NCBI GenBank assembly: GCA_000435175.1
Contig: FR880046.1
Span: forward strand, 47,271-111,270
DNA from: Clostridium sp. CAG:245
GTDB lineage: Bacteria; Bacillota; Clostridia; TANB77; CAG-508
Direction: 5' to 3'
Length of the DNA stretch: 64,000 nucleotides
Shown here piece by piece: positions 1 to 9,985 of the stretch; positions within the stretch are counted from its first letter, which is position 1, and each line of letters opens with the position of its first letter. A program made the position numbers and the translations under genes. A model generated the notes under the pieces. It was not told where the DNA came from and searched no databases. It saw only the letters and a program-made list of their open reading frames with translations.

Positions 1-163
1 ATAGATTGTAGACTATTCATAGATATTCTGTTAATTGTAAGTATTAATATTAATGCGATAGATTCAATTAAATTAATTTTTGAAAACTTCATAAATTATG
101 CGAAAAATCGCTATCCTCCTTTTTGTTTAGAATATGAAACTTTTAATTATATATTATAAAGAA

Positions 164-1933
164 TCAATGTTGTGGGTATTTCCATCTCATGCTTATTTTA
201 TCTTGAGATTTTGGCCTTTTGGTTTTTAACTCCTTAGAACGTTTTTCTCTGCGATAGGCAGGAGATAGCACTATTCCATTACCAAATTCATCTGTTTTAA
301 ATATATTTTTACCTAAATAGCTTACTCCAAAAGAATGCATATTATTTAATACTAGTAGATGAACACATAGTCCTGCTGCAAGCCCAAGAAACCCTGCCAT
401 AGCACCTAGTAAAATATAGATAAATCTCATTATTCTAAAATGAAAGCTTAACGAGAAATCTGGAATTGAGAATGAGCAAATGGCTGTAAAAGATACAATT
501 ATAATTAAAATAGGACTCACAATTCCGGCATCTACTGCTGCTTGACCTAGTATAAGAGCTCCAACAATTCCAATAGTTTGCCCGACAGGAGATGGAACAC
601 GTATACTGGCTTCACGAATTAGTTCAAATGATAATTCCATTATTAGAATTTCAAAAAGTATTGGAAATGGAACAGTTTCTCTAGCTGATATTATAGAGTA
701 AAGAAGTTCTGTTGGAACCAATTCTTGATGAAAGCTTGTAATAGCCATATACATACTAGGTAGCAATAATGCAAATGCAAGTGCTATAATTCTAAGAGCC
801 CTAACAAAATTAGAATATTGATATTTTAAATTATAATCTTCGGAAGAAGCTAGAAAATCTGAAAATATGGCAGGTACAATAAGCACATATGGGCTTCCGT
901 TTACAATAATTGCAATTCTACCCTCAAATAGTAGATTTGAAGTTCTATCTGGTCTTTCTGTAGCAATTATTTGCGGAAGGCTAGTATTATCATTATCTTG
1001 AATTAATTGCTCTAATTGCCCAGAAGATGTTAAGTAATCTATTGCTAAATTATTTAAACGATAACGCACCTCTGAAATTAAATCTGTATTTGCAATATTT
1101 TTTAAATAACATATAGAACAAGGAGTTTTGCTCAACTTGCCAATATTTACAGATTCTATTATAAGATTTTCGTTATTTACATATCTTCTTAAAAGAGAGG
1201 TATTTGTACGTAAATTTTCTGTAAAGCCAACCTGAGCTCCTCTAATTACCATTTCATTGTGCGGTGTTGTAAGACTACGCCTTTCGTATCCTTTAACTTC
1301 TACATCAAATGCAATATCAAGAGTATCTATAAAAAGAGCACAGTCTCCAGCATTTATAGCTTTCACAATATCGTCAAACTTAGTAAATTCTTTAACATTA
1401 TTTTGAGGAAGTAAACAATTAGAAATGTACTCCACAATATTAAATTTTTTTACTTTTCTTACTGTTATGTTATTTGTTTTTACTTCGGATAATACTCTAT
1501 TCTGATTGCCTTCGAAAGAATTTGCGGTGTTTTTTAACATTAAAGGCTTCAAAATAAAGTTATTCATAACATCTTGGTCAGTCATTCCGTCAATATAAAC
1601 AAGAAAAGCGCTATATTGTTTGTTTCGTGCAGTAAGCGTAAATTCTCTAATTATAATGTCGGAATTAATCATCTCATTAAAACGAACTCTTATATATTCT
1701 AGGTTAACATCTAAAGATGGAAAAATTTTATCATTACTAGTGTCTGTTAGAGACTCATTATTTAAATTTAATGCCTCAGAATTTTTGCTAAAAGTTGTAG
1801 AAGCATTAGTAACTAATGGATTAGTCTGTTCGCCAAGCGAGAAATTATAATCATTAGGGTTATCTTCATAAAAAATATCATGAAAATAATTTTTTATTGA
1901 ACTAAATACGGAACTCAAAATACAATCCTCCAA
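164..1933 (-). CDS. Spore germination protein, GerA (GerAA/SpoVAF) family
   Basis: 589-aa ORF with a soluble N-terminal domain (IREFTL...YIDGMTD motif region) and a C-terminal multi-TM domain typical of GerA-family germinant receptor A subunits. Confidence 0.85.
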   Translation of the reverse strand: MEDCILSSVFSSIKNYFHDIFYEDNPNDYNFSLGEQTNPLVTNASTTFSKNSEALNLNNESLTDTSNDKIFPSLDVNLEYIRVRFNEMINSDIIIREFTLTARNKQYSAFLVYIDGMTDQDVMNNFILKPLMLKNTANSFEGNQNRVLSEVKTNNITVRKVKKFNIVEYISNCLLPQNNVKEFTKFDDIVKAINAGDCALFIDTLDIAFDVEVKGYERRSLTTPHNEMVIRGAQVGFTENLRTNTSLLRRYVNNENLIIESVNIGKLSKTPCSICYLKNIANTDLISEVRYRLNNLAIDYLTSSGQLEQLIQDNDNTSLPQIIATERPDRTSNLLFEGRIAIIVNGSPYVLIVPAIFSDFLASSEDYNLKYQYSNFVRALRIIALAFALLLPSMYMAITSFHQELVPTELLYSIISARETVPFPILFEILIMELSFELIREASIRVPSPVGQTIGIVGALILGQAAVDAGIVSPILIIIVSFTAICSFSIPDFSLSFHFRIMRFIYILLGAMAGFLGLAAGLCVHLLVLNNMHSFGVSYLGKNIFKTDEFGNGIVLSPAYRREKRSKELKTKRPKSQDKISMRWKYPQH

Positions 1934-2098
1934 AAAATAATTTAATATAGTTTTTACTAAAAATATAAAAATATGTAAAAATTAATTTTCTTTTTATGCA
2001 TAACTTTTTAAAAGACTAATATACATTAAATAAAGTTATTGTACAAACACATAACACATTTGAAATATACATTAGATGTATAAGGAGGTATAAAATTA

Positions 2099-3578
2099 AT
2101 GAAAGACAATAGGTTATATCAAGACATAGCAAAAAGGACAGATGGCGATATTTATGTTGGTGTTGTTGGACCTGTAAGAACTGGTAAATCGACTTTCATA
2201 AAAAGATTTATGGATTTGCTAGTAATTCCAAACATAGACAATGAGTATAAAAAAGAGCGTGCACAAGATGAGTTGCCTCAAAGTGCCGGTGGCAGAACAA
2301 TTATGACTACAGAGCCAAAGTTTATTCCAAATGAAGCGGTACGGAATTACTGTTGGTGATAATATAAAGCTGAACGTAAGACTGGTTGATTGTGTTGGAT
2401 ATTTGGTTAATAATGCTATTGGATATTTGGAAGATGATATGCCAAGAATGGTAAAAACACCATGGTCAACAGAGGAAATTCCATTTGAACAAGCAGCTGA
2501 GATTGGAACTAAAAAGGTAATTCAAGAACATTCTACAATTGGAATATTGGTTACAACTGATGGAAGTGTGACTGGAATAGAAAGAGAAGATTACATAGAA
2601 CCAGAGGAACGTGTTGTAAAGGAATTAAAAGAACTAAATAAACCTTTTGTAATAGTATTAAATTCGGTAGAACCAGATTCTGAATATACACAAACATTAG
2701 CTCAAAAACTTCAAGAAAAATACGATACACAGGTAATTCCAACAGATTGTGAAAATTTAACTGTAGATAAAATTGATGAAATATTTGGCAAAGTATTATA
2801 TGAATTTCCAATAGAGCGAGTAAACATCAGTTTCCCAAGATGGGTTGATGGACTACCAGAAACACATTGGCTAAAAGAAGAATTATATGACGAAATCAAA
2901 GATGCGTTTAAAGACATAAAAATTCTAAAACAGATAGACAACCGAATAACCAAATTGCAGAATACTGAGGTAATATCAACAAGTATAATAAACGAAATAC
3001 AGCTAGGAACAGGAAGCATAAACATAACCATCAACTTATTAGATGACTTATTCTATAAGGTATTAACCGAAATTTCTGGAGTTCCAATAACAAACGAAGG
3101 TGAACTATTCTCTAGCATGATATCATTTGCAAATGTAAAGAAGGAATATGACAAAGTATCTACAGCATTGCAAGAAGTAAACACAAAAGGTTATGGAATA
3201 GTAAGCCCATCAATAGACGAATTAATATTAGAAGAGCCTGAAATGGTAAAACAAGGCACACGCTATGGAGTAAAACTAAGAGCAAAAGCACCATCAATAC
3301 ACATGATAAGAGCAGACATAGAAACAGAAGTATCTCCAATAGTAGGAAGCGAAAAACAATCACAGGAACTGGTAGAATCGTTACTTTCAGAATTCGAAAA
3401 CGATCCAAAGAAAATATGGGAATCAAATATATTTGGCAAGAGCCTGCACGAGCTAGTAAACGAAGGCTTGCAAACAAAACTAATGAAAATGCCAGAAGAT
3501 GCACAAGAAAAATTACAAGAAACATTAGAAAGAATAATAAACGAGGGAAGCGGAGGACTAATCTGCATAATATTATAA
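2099..3578 (+). CDS. spoIVA: Stage IV sporulation protein A (SpoIVA ATPase), split into ORFs 2099..2359 and 2331..3578 by an apparent single-base insertion near 2338-2345
   Basis: N-terminal fragment has the Walker A motif (GVVGPVRTGKSTFIKRFMDL) and the ELPQSAGGRTIMTTEPKF motif. The second frame continues with NVRLVDCVGY...PRMVKTPW...EAAEIGTKKVIQEHSTIG. Together ~492 aa, as in SpoIVA. Confidence 0.85.
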
Positions 3579-3583
3579 GAAAA

Positions 3584-3718
3584 ACTGTACAATTTGGGGA
3601 CGGAGAAAAAAATGTACATGAATATAAAAACAAATTACAAAATAAAGAGGCAGAAGTAATTCTGTCTTTTTAAATTTTGTAGCAAAATACAATTTAGAGA
3701 CGGAGAAAAAAATGTACA
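3584..3718. repeat. Two copies (3588..3617, 3688..3718) of a ~30-bp imperfect palindrome TGTACAATTT-N13-AAATGTACA, ~100 bp apart, downstream of spoIVA
   Basis: Direct repeat acaatttgGGgacggagaaaaaaatgtacat and acaatttaGAgacggagaaaaaaatgtacat read in the sequence. Each copy is internally near-palindromic, like an operator for a dimeric DNA-binding protein. Confidence 0.6.
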
Positions 3719-3979
3719 TAGGTGTTCAAAAACGATACAGCTAATTAACAAGTGAAAAAGCTTTGCCCGGTTATTATTTATATTGCCATTTTTTCCAAAC
3801 CCGTTAGTTGTTGCTATTGTTGAAAGATTAGAACCTAAAGCTGAAAAAAAGTTCCCTAAAGTATCTATTTCATCATTACTAAGATTGTTAGAAATTGCAA
3901 CAGAAAGAAGCCCAGCAAGAGCTACAAGTTCACAGCCAGAAAGGGTAGATAAAAAAGAAGAAAATTCACGACAATCCAT
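3635..3979 (-). CDS. Hypothetical small protein with amphipathic repeat (LSNDEIDTLGNFFSALGSNLSTIA)
   Basis: Minus-strand ORF with protein-like composition. GGTGA Shine-Dalgarno before the second ATG (MDCREF...). The C-terminus reads through the 30-bp repeat region, so the true 3' end is uncertain. Confidence 0.4.
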   Translation of the reverse strand: MDCREFSSFLSTLSGCELVALAGLLSVAISNNLSNDEIDTLGNFFSALGSNLSTIATTNGFGKNGNINNNRAKLFHLLISCIVFEHLCTFFSPSLNCILLQNLKRQNYFCLFIL

Positions 3980-4381
3980 ACAAATCACCATTATATTTAT
4001 ATGAAGAAATTAAGAAATAATTACAAATTTATATCATACTACGTGTAATACATGTGGCAAACGTTTTTTGGAGTTTTACATATTCATTAAAAATATTCAA
4101 TATACTTTGAAAAAGAAGAAAAAATGTATGTCATAAGAAGTAGATGTCTGATTAACAGATAGAAAATAGTATCATTAATCTACTTACTTAATGATACTAT
4201 TTCATGCTTTTATTATATCAAAAGATTAAATAAAAGCAATAGTTTTGTTAAATTTTTTTAGATTTTATTTGTACATAAATAATTTTAAGTTACATTAATA
4301 TTTCAAGTAAATATACATAAAAACACTATTGTGAAACTATCATTAAGTAAGTAGATTAATGATAACACGAAAGGAAAAAAT

Positions 4382-7060
4382 ATGAAAAGTACAAAGGAAA
4401 ATAAAGGAATTACAATTATTGCATTAATTATAACAATAGTAGTTTTATTGATACTCGCAGGAGTAACCATTGATTTAGTTGTTGGAAATGACAATTTGTT
4501 TGATAAGGCAAGGAGTACACAAAAGATACAAACGGTAGCGGGAATAAAAGAAGCGCTAGAGCTTGAAAAGGTGGATATACAAGTTGAGAGTAAGACAGTT
4601 GATTTGGATAATTATTTGGAGCAGATAAGTACAGGGAAAAAGAATTATGATTTAAGTTCTAAAGAAAAAATAGATAAAAAAAATGCCGAAATAATAATAA
4701 ATGATGAACATAAATTTTTAGTAAAAGATAAAGAAAATGGAGATGTAGAAATAATATATGAAGGAATAGCAAAAGCGAGTGATTTAACAATATCTCCGAA
4801 AAATGGAACATATACGTATCCAAATAGTGGAACATTTGAAGTAACAAATAATACATCAGGAGGAGAATTAACCGTAAGTTCAGATGCTCCAAACATAGCA
4901 ACAGCAAGTATTAAAGGAAACACAATAACAGTACAACCGGGAACAACAGCAGGAAAAGCAAATATAATAGTAAGAAGTGCAGCAAGTGGAGAATACGCAG
5001 AAAATAAAGCAATACATTTAGCAACAGTAGAAAATGGAACAATAGAATTAGAAGCAATTCCATATGAGGGAGTATATGATGGACAAGCACATAATGCATT
5101 TACGAGTATAAGTATAAACCCAAGCGATGCAAAATTAGAATACTCATTAGATGGAAACGAATATAATGAAAAAATGCCAACAATAACAAATACATCAGAA
5201 TTTACAGTAACAGTAAAGGCAAATAAAGAAGGCTATAAGACACAAATAACAACAGAAACAATAAGAGTAAATAAGGAAGAAGGAAAATTAACATTATCAT
5301 CAACAGATGGAACATATACATATCCAACAAGTGGAACGTTTACAGTAAGCGGAAATACAGGAGCATTAAGTGTTAGTTCTAATAACGATAATATAGCAAT
5401 AGTAAGTATAAATGGAAATACAGTAACAGTAAAGCCGGGAACGACAGCCGGAAAAGCAACAATTACGGTAACGAGTGCAGAAGCAAACAATTATAAAGAA
5501 AAGACAGCAACTCATGAAGCAACAGTACAAAATGGAACAATAACAATAAATGCAACACCTTACACAGGTACGTACGATGGAAAAGCACACAATGCATTTA
5601 CGAGCGTAACAACTGATCCAAGTGATGCAACAATAGAATATTCAATTGATGGAGGAAGTTATTCATCGACAATACCAACAATAACGAATACTTCATCATT
5701 TACAGTAACAATAAAAGCAAGCAAAGCAGGGTACAAGACACAAACGAAAACAGAAACAGTAAAAGTAAATAAGGCAGAAGGAAAATTAACATTGTCAGCG
5801 ACGAGTGGAACAATAACATATCCAAGTAACGCAACTTTTACAGTAAGTGGAAATACAGGAACATTAAGTGTTTCTTCAAATAATAACAATATAGCAACAG
5901 CAAGTGTAAGTGGAAATACTGTAACAGTAAAATCGGGAACAACCGTGGGAAAGGCAACAATAACAGTAACAAGTGCAGAAGCAAGCAATTATACAGCAAA
6001 ATCAGCAACATATACTGCAACAGTAAATAATGGAACAATAAGCTTAAGTGCAACACCATATAATGGAACATATGATGGAAAAGCACATAATGCATTAACA
6101 AATGTAAGTGCAAATCCAAGTGATGCAAAATTAGAATATTCAATAAATGGAGGCACATATAGCACAACAATGCCAACAATAACAAACACTTCATCATTCA
6201 CTGTAACAGTAAGAGCAAGCAAGGCAGGATACAAAACACAGACAACAACACAAACAACAAGAGTAAATAAAGCAACAGGAAGCATATCATTATCATCATA
6301 TAGCGGAACAATAACATATCCGAACACTGGAACGTTTTCTATAAGTGGAAATACTGGAACTCTAAGCGTGTCATCATCTAATACTAATGTGGCGACAGTA
6401 AGTTTAAATGGAACAACAGTAATAATAACTCCTAAAAAAACAGAAGGAACAACTACTATAACAGTAAAGAGCGCTGCAACATCGAATTACAATGAAAAAA
6501 CAGTAACGTATACTGCAACAGTTAAACTTCAAACATTTACACTTGATTCAGGAATAGGATATTATGCTGATATTGACGATAATGGTAGCGTAGATGGCAT
6601 AATATTTGGGGATAGAAAAAAAGGCGCAAGTGGTTCTTGGGGAAACAGAGATGGAAATTATAGTATTTCAACTAAAACGGGACTTAAGGAATATTATATA
6701 AGTCAAACAAATTATAAAGGTGCTTTCGGAACAAAAAATGTACTGTCCGCTAAAAGTTCTGGAAATGCAAGATTTTATGTAATGGCTTTATCAGATGCAA
6801 GTAGTAGTGGTTGGGCGTGGACAGAAGCACAAAAATTTAATGGGAATGGTTGGTCAGTTCCTTCAAGAAATGAATGGGCTGCTTTTGCAGGATTGTTAGG
6901 GATAACTTCATCTAATTATCAAAGTTATGGCTTGCAAAATCGTTACTGGGGATCATATATTAATGATGATTATTCTTGGGCATGTTTATTTTATAGTGGA
7001 AGAGTTGATAGCGTATATTTTAGTGATAGTGTGCATGTTAGACTGTCTACAATGTTTTAA
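4382..7060 (+). CDS. Large surface protein with a pilin-like hydrophobic N-terminus, four Big_2 (Ig-like) plus MBG (YDG-type) repeat units, and a C-terminal DUF1566/Lcl-like domain
   Basis: 892 aa. N-terminus KGITIIALIITIVVLLILAG resembles a prepilin/class III signal but lacks Glu5. A ~170-aa unit (VSSxxPNIATASIxGNTVTVxPGTTAGKATITV ... PYxGxYDGKAHNA ... YKTQT) repeats four times. The C-terminus has W-SVPSRNEW...YWGSY...VRL, the DUF1566 pattern. Confidence 0.8.
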   Translation: MKSTKENKGITIIALIITIVVLLILAGVTIDLVVGNDNLFDKARSTQKIQTVAGIKEALELEKVDIQVESKTVDLDNYLEQISTGKKNYDLSSKEKIDKKNAEIIINDEHKFLVKDKENGDVEIIYEGIAKASDLTISPKNGTYTYPNSGTFEVTNNTSGGELTVSSDAPNIATASIKGNTITVQPGTTAGKANIIVRSAASGEYAENKAIHLATVENGTIELEAIPYEGVYDGQAHNAFTSISINPSDAKLEYSLDGNEYNEKMPTITNTSEFTVTVKANKEGYKTQITTETIRVNKEEGKLTLSSTDGTYTYPTSGTFTVSGNTGALSVSSNNDNIAIVSINGNTVTVKPGTTAGKATITVTSAEANNYKEKTATHEATVQNGTITINATPYTGTYDGKAHNAFTSVTTDPSDATIEYSIDGGSYSSTIPTITNTSSFTVTIKASKAGYKTQTKTETVKVNKAEGKLTLSATSGTITYPSNATFTVSGNTGTLSVSSNNNNIATASVSGNTVTVKSGTTVGKATITVTSAEASNYTAKSATYTATVNNGTISLSATPYNGTYDGKAHNALTNVSANPSDAKLEYSINGGTYSTTMPTITNTSSFTVTVRASKAGYKTQTTTQTTRVNKATGSISLSSYSGTITYPNTGTFSISGNTGTLSVSSSNTNVATVSLNGTTVIITPKKTEGTTTITVKSAATSNYNEKTVTYTATVKLQTFTLDSGIGYYADIDDNGSVDGIIFGDRKKGASGSWGNRDGNYSISTKTGLKEYYISQTNYKGAFGTKNVLSAKSSGNARFYVMALSDASSSGWAWTEAQKFNGNGWSVPSRNEWAAFAGLLGITSSNYQSYGLQNRYWGSYINDDYSWACLFYSGRVDSVYFSDSVHVRLSTMF

Positions 7061-7104
7061 AAAAATTTAGAGAAATTAGTAACAATTATGCAAAATAGAA
7101 ATAA

Positions 7105-7148
7105 AACTTCTCATGATTGAACAGAAAAGTCATGGGAAGTTTTTTATA
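7105..7148 (+). terminator. Rho-independent terminator after the surface-protein gene
   Basis: AACTTCTCATGA...TCATGGGAAGTT stem followed by TTTTTTAT. Confidence 0.55.
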
Positions 7149-7380
7149 ATAATATAAGTCGAGAAAAATAATACAAGGGTATATGAGAGCAATGATTTGC
7201 AAATAAAAATCAGAAATTGATTTTGTAGAATTTTGTCATTTGAATACTCGGTCATAGCTCTTGTATAATTTTGTTTTTTATGGTATTCTATCAATGGAAA
7301 TAGGGAGTGGGAGTTAGCAAAAAACAAAGGAGAAAATCCCTAGAAAGGAGACATTCGTACAATTATACGAGTAAAATAAA

Positions 7381-9132
7381 ATGAATAGAAAAAAATATGA
7401 GATTTATGAATCGAAGGAATATAACAACATTAGAGAGGTTCTTGATAATGCTTTTACAAATTACCCTGATAATGTTGCATTCAAATTAAAAGAAACAAAT
7501 GGCAAGCAGGTTACTTATAAAGAAATAAAGTACAAAGATTTTCAAAATGATATAAATGCTCTTGGAACAGCTTTAATTAATTTAGGACTAAAAGACAAAA
7601 GAGTTGCTATAATTAGCAAAAATAGATATGAGTGGATTCTATCATATGTTTCGGTTTTAAATGGCACAGGAATTGCAGTTCCACTAGATAAAGGATTGCC
7701 AGAAGAGGAGACAGAGTCATCTTTGCAAAGAAGTTATGCCGAGGCTATAATTTTTGCAAATGACTATATGGATACAATGAAAAAATTTAAGTCTTCTGGA
7801 GCAACAGATGTTACAAAATTTATTTGTATGGATCAGATTAGTGATGAAGAAAAAGAAGCTGGTTTCTTGTATTTAGGAGATTTAATAGAAGAAGGAAAGA
7901 AACTAGTTGAGAATGGCAATAGAGATTTTATAGATGCAAAAATTGATGATAACAAGATGAGTATTATTTTATTTACATCAGGAACAACTTCTAAGTCGAA
8001 AGCTGTAATGCTATCTCACAGAAATATAGCATCAAATATTTCTGCCATGAATAGAGTTGAACATTTTTTGAGTACTGATGTTAATATGGCTTTTTTGCCA
8101 TTTCACCATACTTTTGGTAGCACTGGAATTTTAATTTTTTTAAACCATGGTTGCACAAATGTATTTTGTGATGGAATTAGACATATACAAGCAAATATGA
8201 AGGAATATAAAGTAAGCATTTTTGTTTGTGTTCCACTTTTAATTGAGTCAATGTACAAGAAAATTGACAAAGAGATAAAAAAACAAGGAAAAGATAAATT
8301 AATAAAATTTGTGACTCCGATTAGTAATTTTTTATTGAAGTTCGGTATAGACATTAGAAGAAAAGTGTTCAAGAGTGTAATAGATAATTTAGGAGGAGCA
8401 TTAAGAGCAATTATAAGTGGAGCTTCTGGATTAGATCCAAAGGTTGCAAAGGCTTTTAATGACTTTGGTATATTAACAATTCAAGGATACGGATTAACAG
8501 AAACTTCACCAGTTTTAGCTGCTGAAAACGAAAATTGCATAAGGTATGGTTCAATTGGTTTTCCTATGCCAGGGGTTACTCTAAAAGTTGATAATCAAAA
8601 TGAACAAGGAATAGGAGAGCTTATTGCAAAAGGACCAAATGTTATGCTTGGATATTACGAGAATGAAGAAGCAACAAATGAAGCCATAAAAGATGGATGG
8701 TTTCATACAGGGGACCTTGCAAAACAAGATAAAGATGGATATTTCTTTATAACAGGTAGAAAAAAGAATGTTATAGTATTGAAAAATGGAAAGAACATAT
8801 ATCCAGAGGAACTAGAAACACTAGTAGGAAAACTTCCATATGTGGATGAATGTATGGTTTTTGGCTATCCAAAAGATGATGATTTGGTGATTTCTGTAAA
8901 GATTGTATATAACAAAGACTATGTAAAAGATAATTTTGCAGGATTTACTCAAGAACAATTAAAAGAAAAAATATGGGAAGATATTAAAGAAATAAATAGC
9001 GGACTTACAAACTACAAGCATATGAAAAAATTAATAATAACAGATGAGCCAATGATTAAAACATCAACAGCCAAGATAAAAAGACACGAAGAAATGAGTA
9101 AAATTTTAGCTGAGGAGGGTGCAATTAAATAG
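7381..9132 (+). CDS. Long-chain fatty acid--CoA ligase (AMP-forming acyl-CoA synthetase)
   Basis: AMP-binding signature FTSGTTSKSKAVMLSHRN, plus GYGLTETSP and TGDLAKQDKDGYFFITGRKKNVIVLKNGKNIYPEELE. Confidence 0.85.
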   Translation: MNRKKYEIYESKEYNNIREVLDNAFTNYPDNVAFKLKETNGKQVTYKEIKYKDFQNDINALGTALINLGLKDKRVAIISKNRYEWILSYVSVLNGTGIAVPLDKGLPEEETESSLQRSYAEAIIFANDYMDTMKKFKSSGATDVTKFICMDQISDEEKEAGFLYLGDLIEEGKKLVENGNRDFIDAKIDDNKMSIILFTSGTTSKSKAVMLSHRNIASNISAMNRVEHFLSTDVNMAFLPFHHTFGSTGILIFLNHGCTNVFCDGIRHIQANMKEYKVSIFVCVPLLIESMYKKIDKEIKKQGKDKLIKFVTPISNFLLKFGIDIRRKVFKSVIDNLGGALRAIISGASGLDPKVAKAFNDFGILTIQGYGLTETSPVLAAENENCIRYGSIGFPMPGVTLKVDNQNEQGIGELIAKGPNVMLGYYENEEATNEAIKDGWFHTGDLAKQDKDGYFFITGRKKNVIVLKNGKNIYPEELETLVGKLPYVDECMVFGYPKDDDLVISVKIVYNKDYVKDNFAGFTQEQLKEKIWEDIKEINSGLTNYKHMKKLIITDEPMIKTSTAKIKRHEEMSKILAEEGAIK

Positions 9133-9144
9133 AAGTCTATTTAA

Positions 9145-9828
9145 TTGAAATATTATATGAAAAGAACAAAACTTTCGGAAAGAATTTTGCCAACATATAC
9201 TAAAGGTGAGGAAATATTTAATATGACCTCACATATTGTTGGTGGTGCATTTGGAATTATTGCAACGGTTCTATGCGTGGTGTTTGCAGCAATTCATCAT
9301 AATGTGTATGGTGTCGTATCTGGAGCTATCTATGGAGCTTCGATGATAATTTTATATACGATGTCTAGCATATATCATGGATTACATAGAAACAATGCAA
9401 AAAAAGTATTTCAAGTACTAGACCATTGTACAATATTTTTACTAATTGCAGGGTCATATACACCATTTGCCTTATGCACATTTAGAGAATACAATACAGC
9501 CTTAGGTTGGTCATTGTTTGGAATAATATGGGGAGTTGCGATTCTCGGAATTGTATTAAACGCTATAGATTTAAAAAAATATAAAATATTTTCGATGATT
9601 TGCTATTTAGCAATGGGCTGGTGCATAATAATAAAACTTCCATTATTGGTGCAATTAGTAGGCATTCCGGGGACGGTTCTATTAGTGTCGGGCGGAATAG
9701 CTTATACAATAGGTGCAGTTCTATATGGAGTAGGAAAAAAACAAAAATATATACATTCAATATTTCATTTATTTATAGTACTAGCGAGTGTATTGCAATT
9801 TTTATCAATATTGTTATATGTAATGTAA
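9145..9828 (+). CDS. Hemolysin III family channel protein (PAQR/YqfA-like)
   Basis: 227-aa, 7-TM protein with the conserved HLFIVLASVLQF C-terminus typical of hly-III. Confidence 0.85.
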   Translation: MKYYMKRTKLSERILPTYTKGEEIFNMTSHIVGGAFGIIATVLCVVFAAIHHNVYGVVSGAIYGASMIILYTMSSIYHGLHRNNAKKVFQVLDHCTIFLLIAGSYTPFALCTFREYNTALGWSLFGIIWGVAILGIVLNAIDLKKYKIFSMICYLAMGWCIIIKLPLLVQLVGIPGTVLLVSGGIAYTIGAVLYGVGKKQKYIHSIFHLFIVLASVLQFLSILLYVM

Positions 9829-9837
9829 GCATTTATA

Positions 9838-9946
9838 CAAACCAAATTCATTTTTTTAAACCTCGGCACATCGCTCTTGGTAGGAACCCCTTAGGACTTC
9901 TCAAAAGGCGAGTTTGACCTTGTTTATCAAAATGAAATTTGGTTTG
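9838..9946. other. Structured intergenic element, copy A: 17-bp stem (CAAACCAAATTCATTTT / AAAATGAAATTTGGTTTG) enclosing a conserved core CGCTCTTGGTA...AAAGGCGAGTTTGACCTTGTTT
   Basis: Long inverted repeat flanks a ~70-nt loop. The core matches the reverse complement of the element at 40223..40307, while the stem sequences differ. Candidate ncRNA or small mobile element. Confidence 0.5.
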
Positions 9947-9985
9947 ATAACGTTTATAGAAAAAATAATATGAAAGGGAAAGTGC

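Noticed and set aside
2551-3633. Minus-strand ORFs 2551..2811, 2711..3034, 3160..3633, 3263..3619
   Set aside because: Antisense to spoIVA, with Leu/Phe-rich composition typical of spurious frames.
3416-3673. 85-aa highly basic plus-strand ORF
   Set aside because: Overlaps the 3' end of spoIVA in another frame and is Lys/Arg/Asn-rich, which is the signature of an out-of-frame AT-rich translation.
4645-6327. Multiple minus-strand ORFs (4645..4923, 4659..4907, 4911..5099, 5233..5490, 5366..5590, 5659..5988, 5838..6197, 5989..6327)
   Set aside because: All lie antisense within the repetitive surface-protein gene and have low-complexity hydrophobic or Cys/Tyr-rich translations typical of antisense frames of AT-rich repeats.
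4780-6520. Possible CRISPR-like periodic repeats
   Set aside because: The ~510-nt periodicity is a coding tandem repeat (Big_2+MBG protein modules) within one long ORF. There are no short direct repeats with unique spacers and no cas genes.
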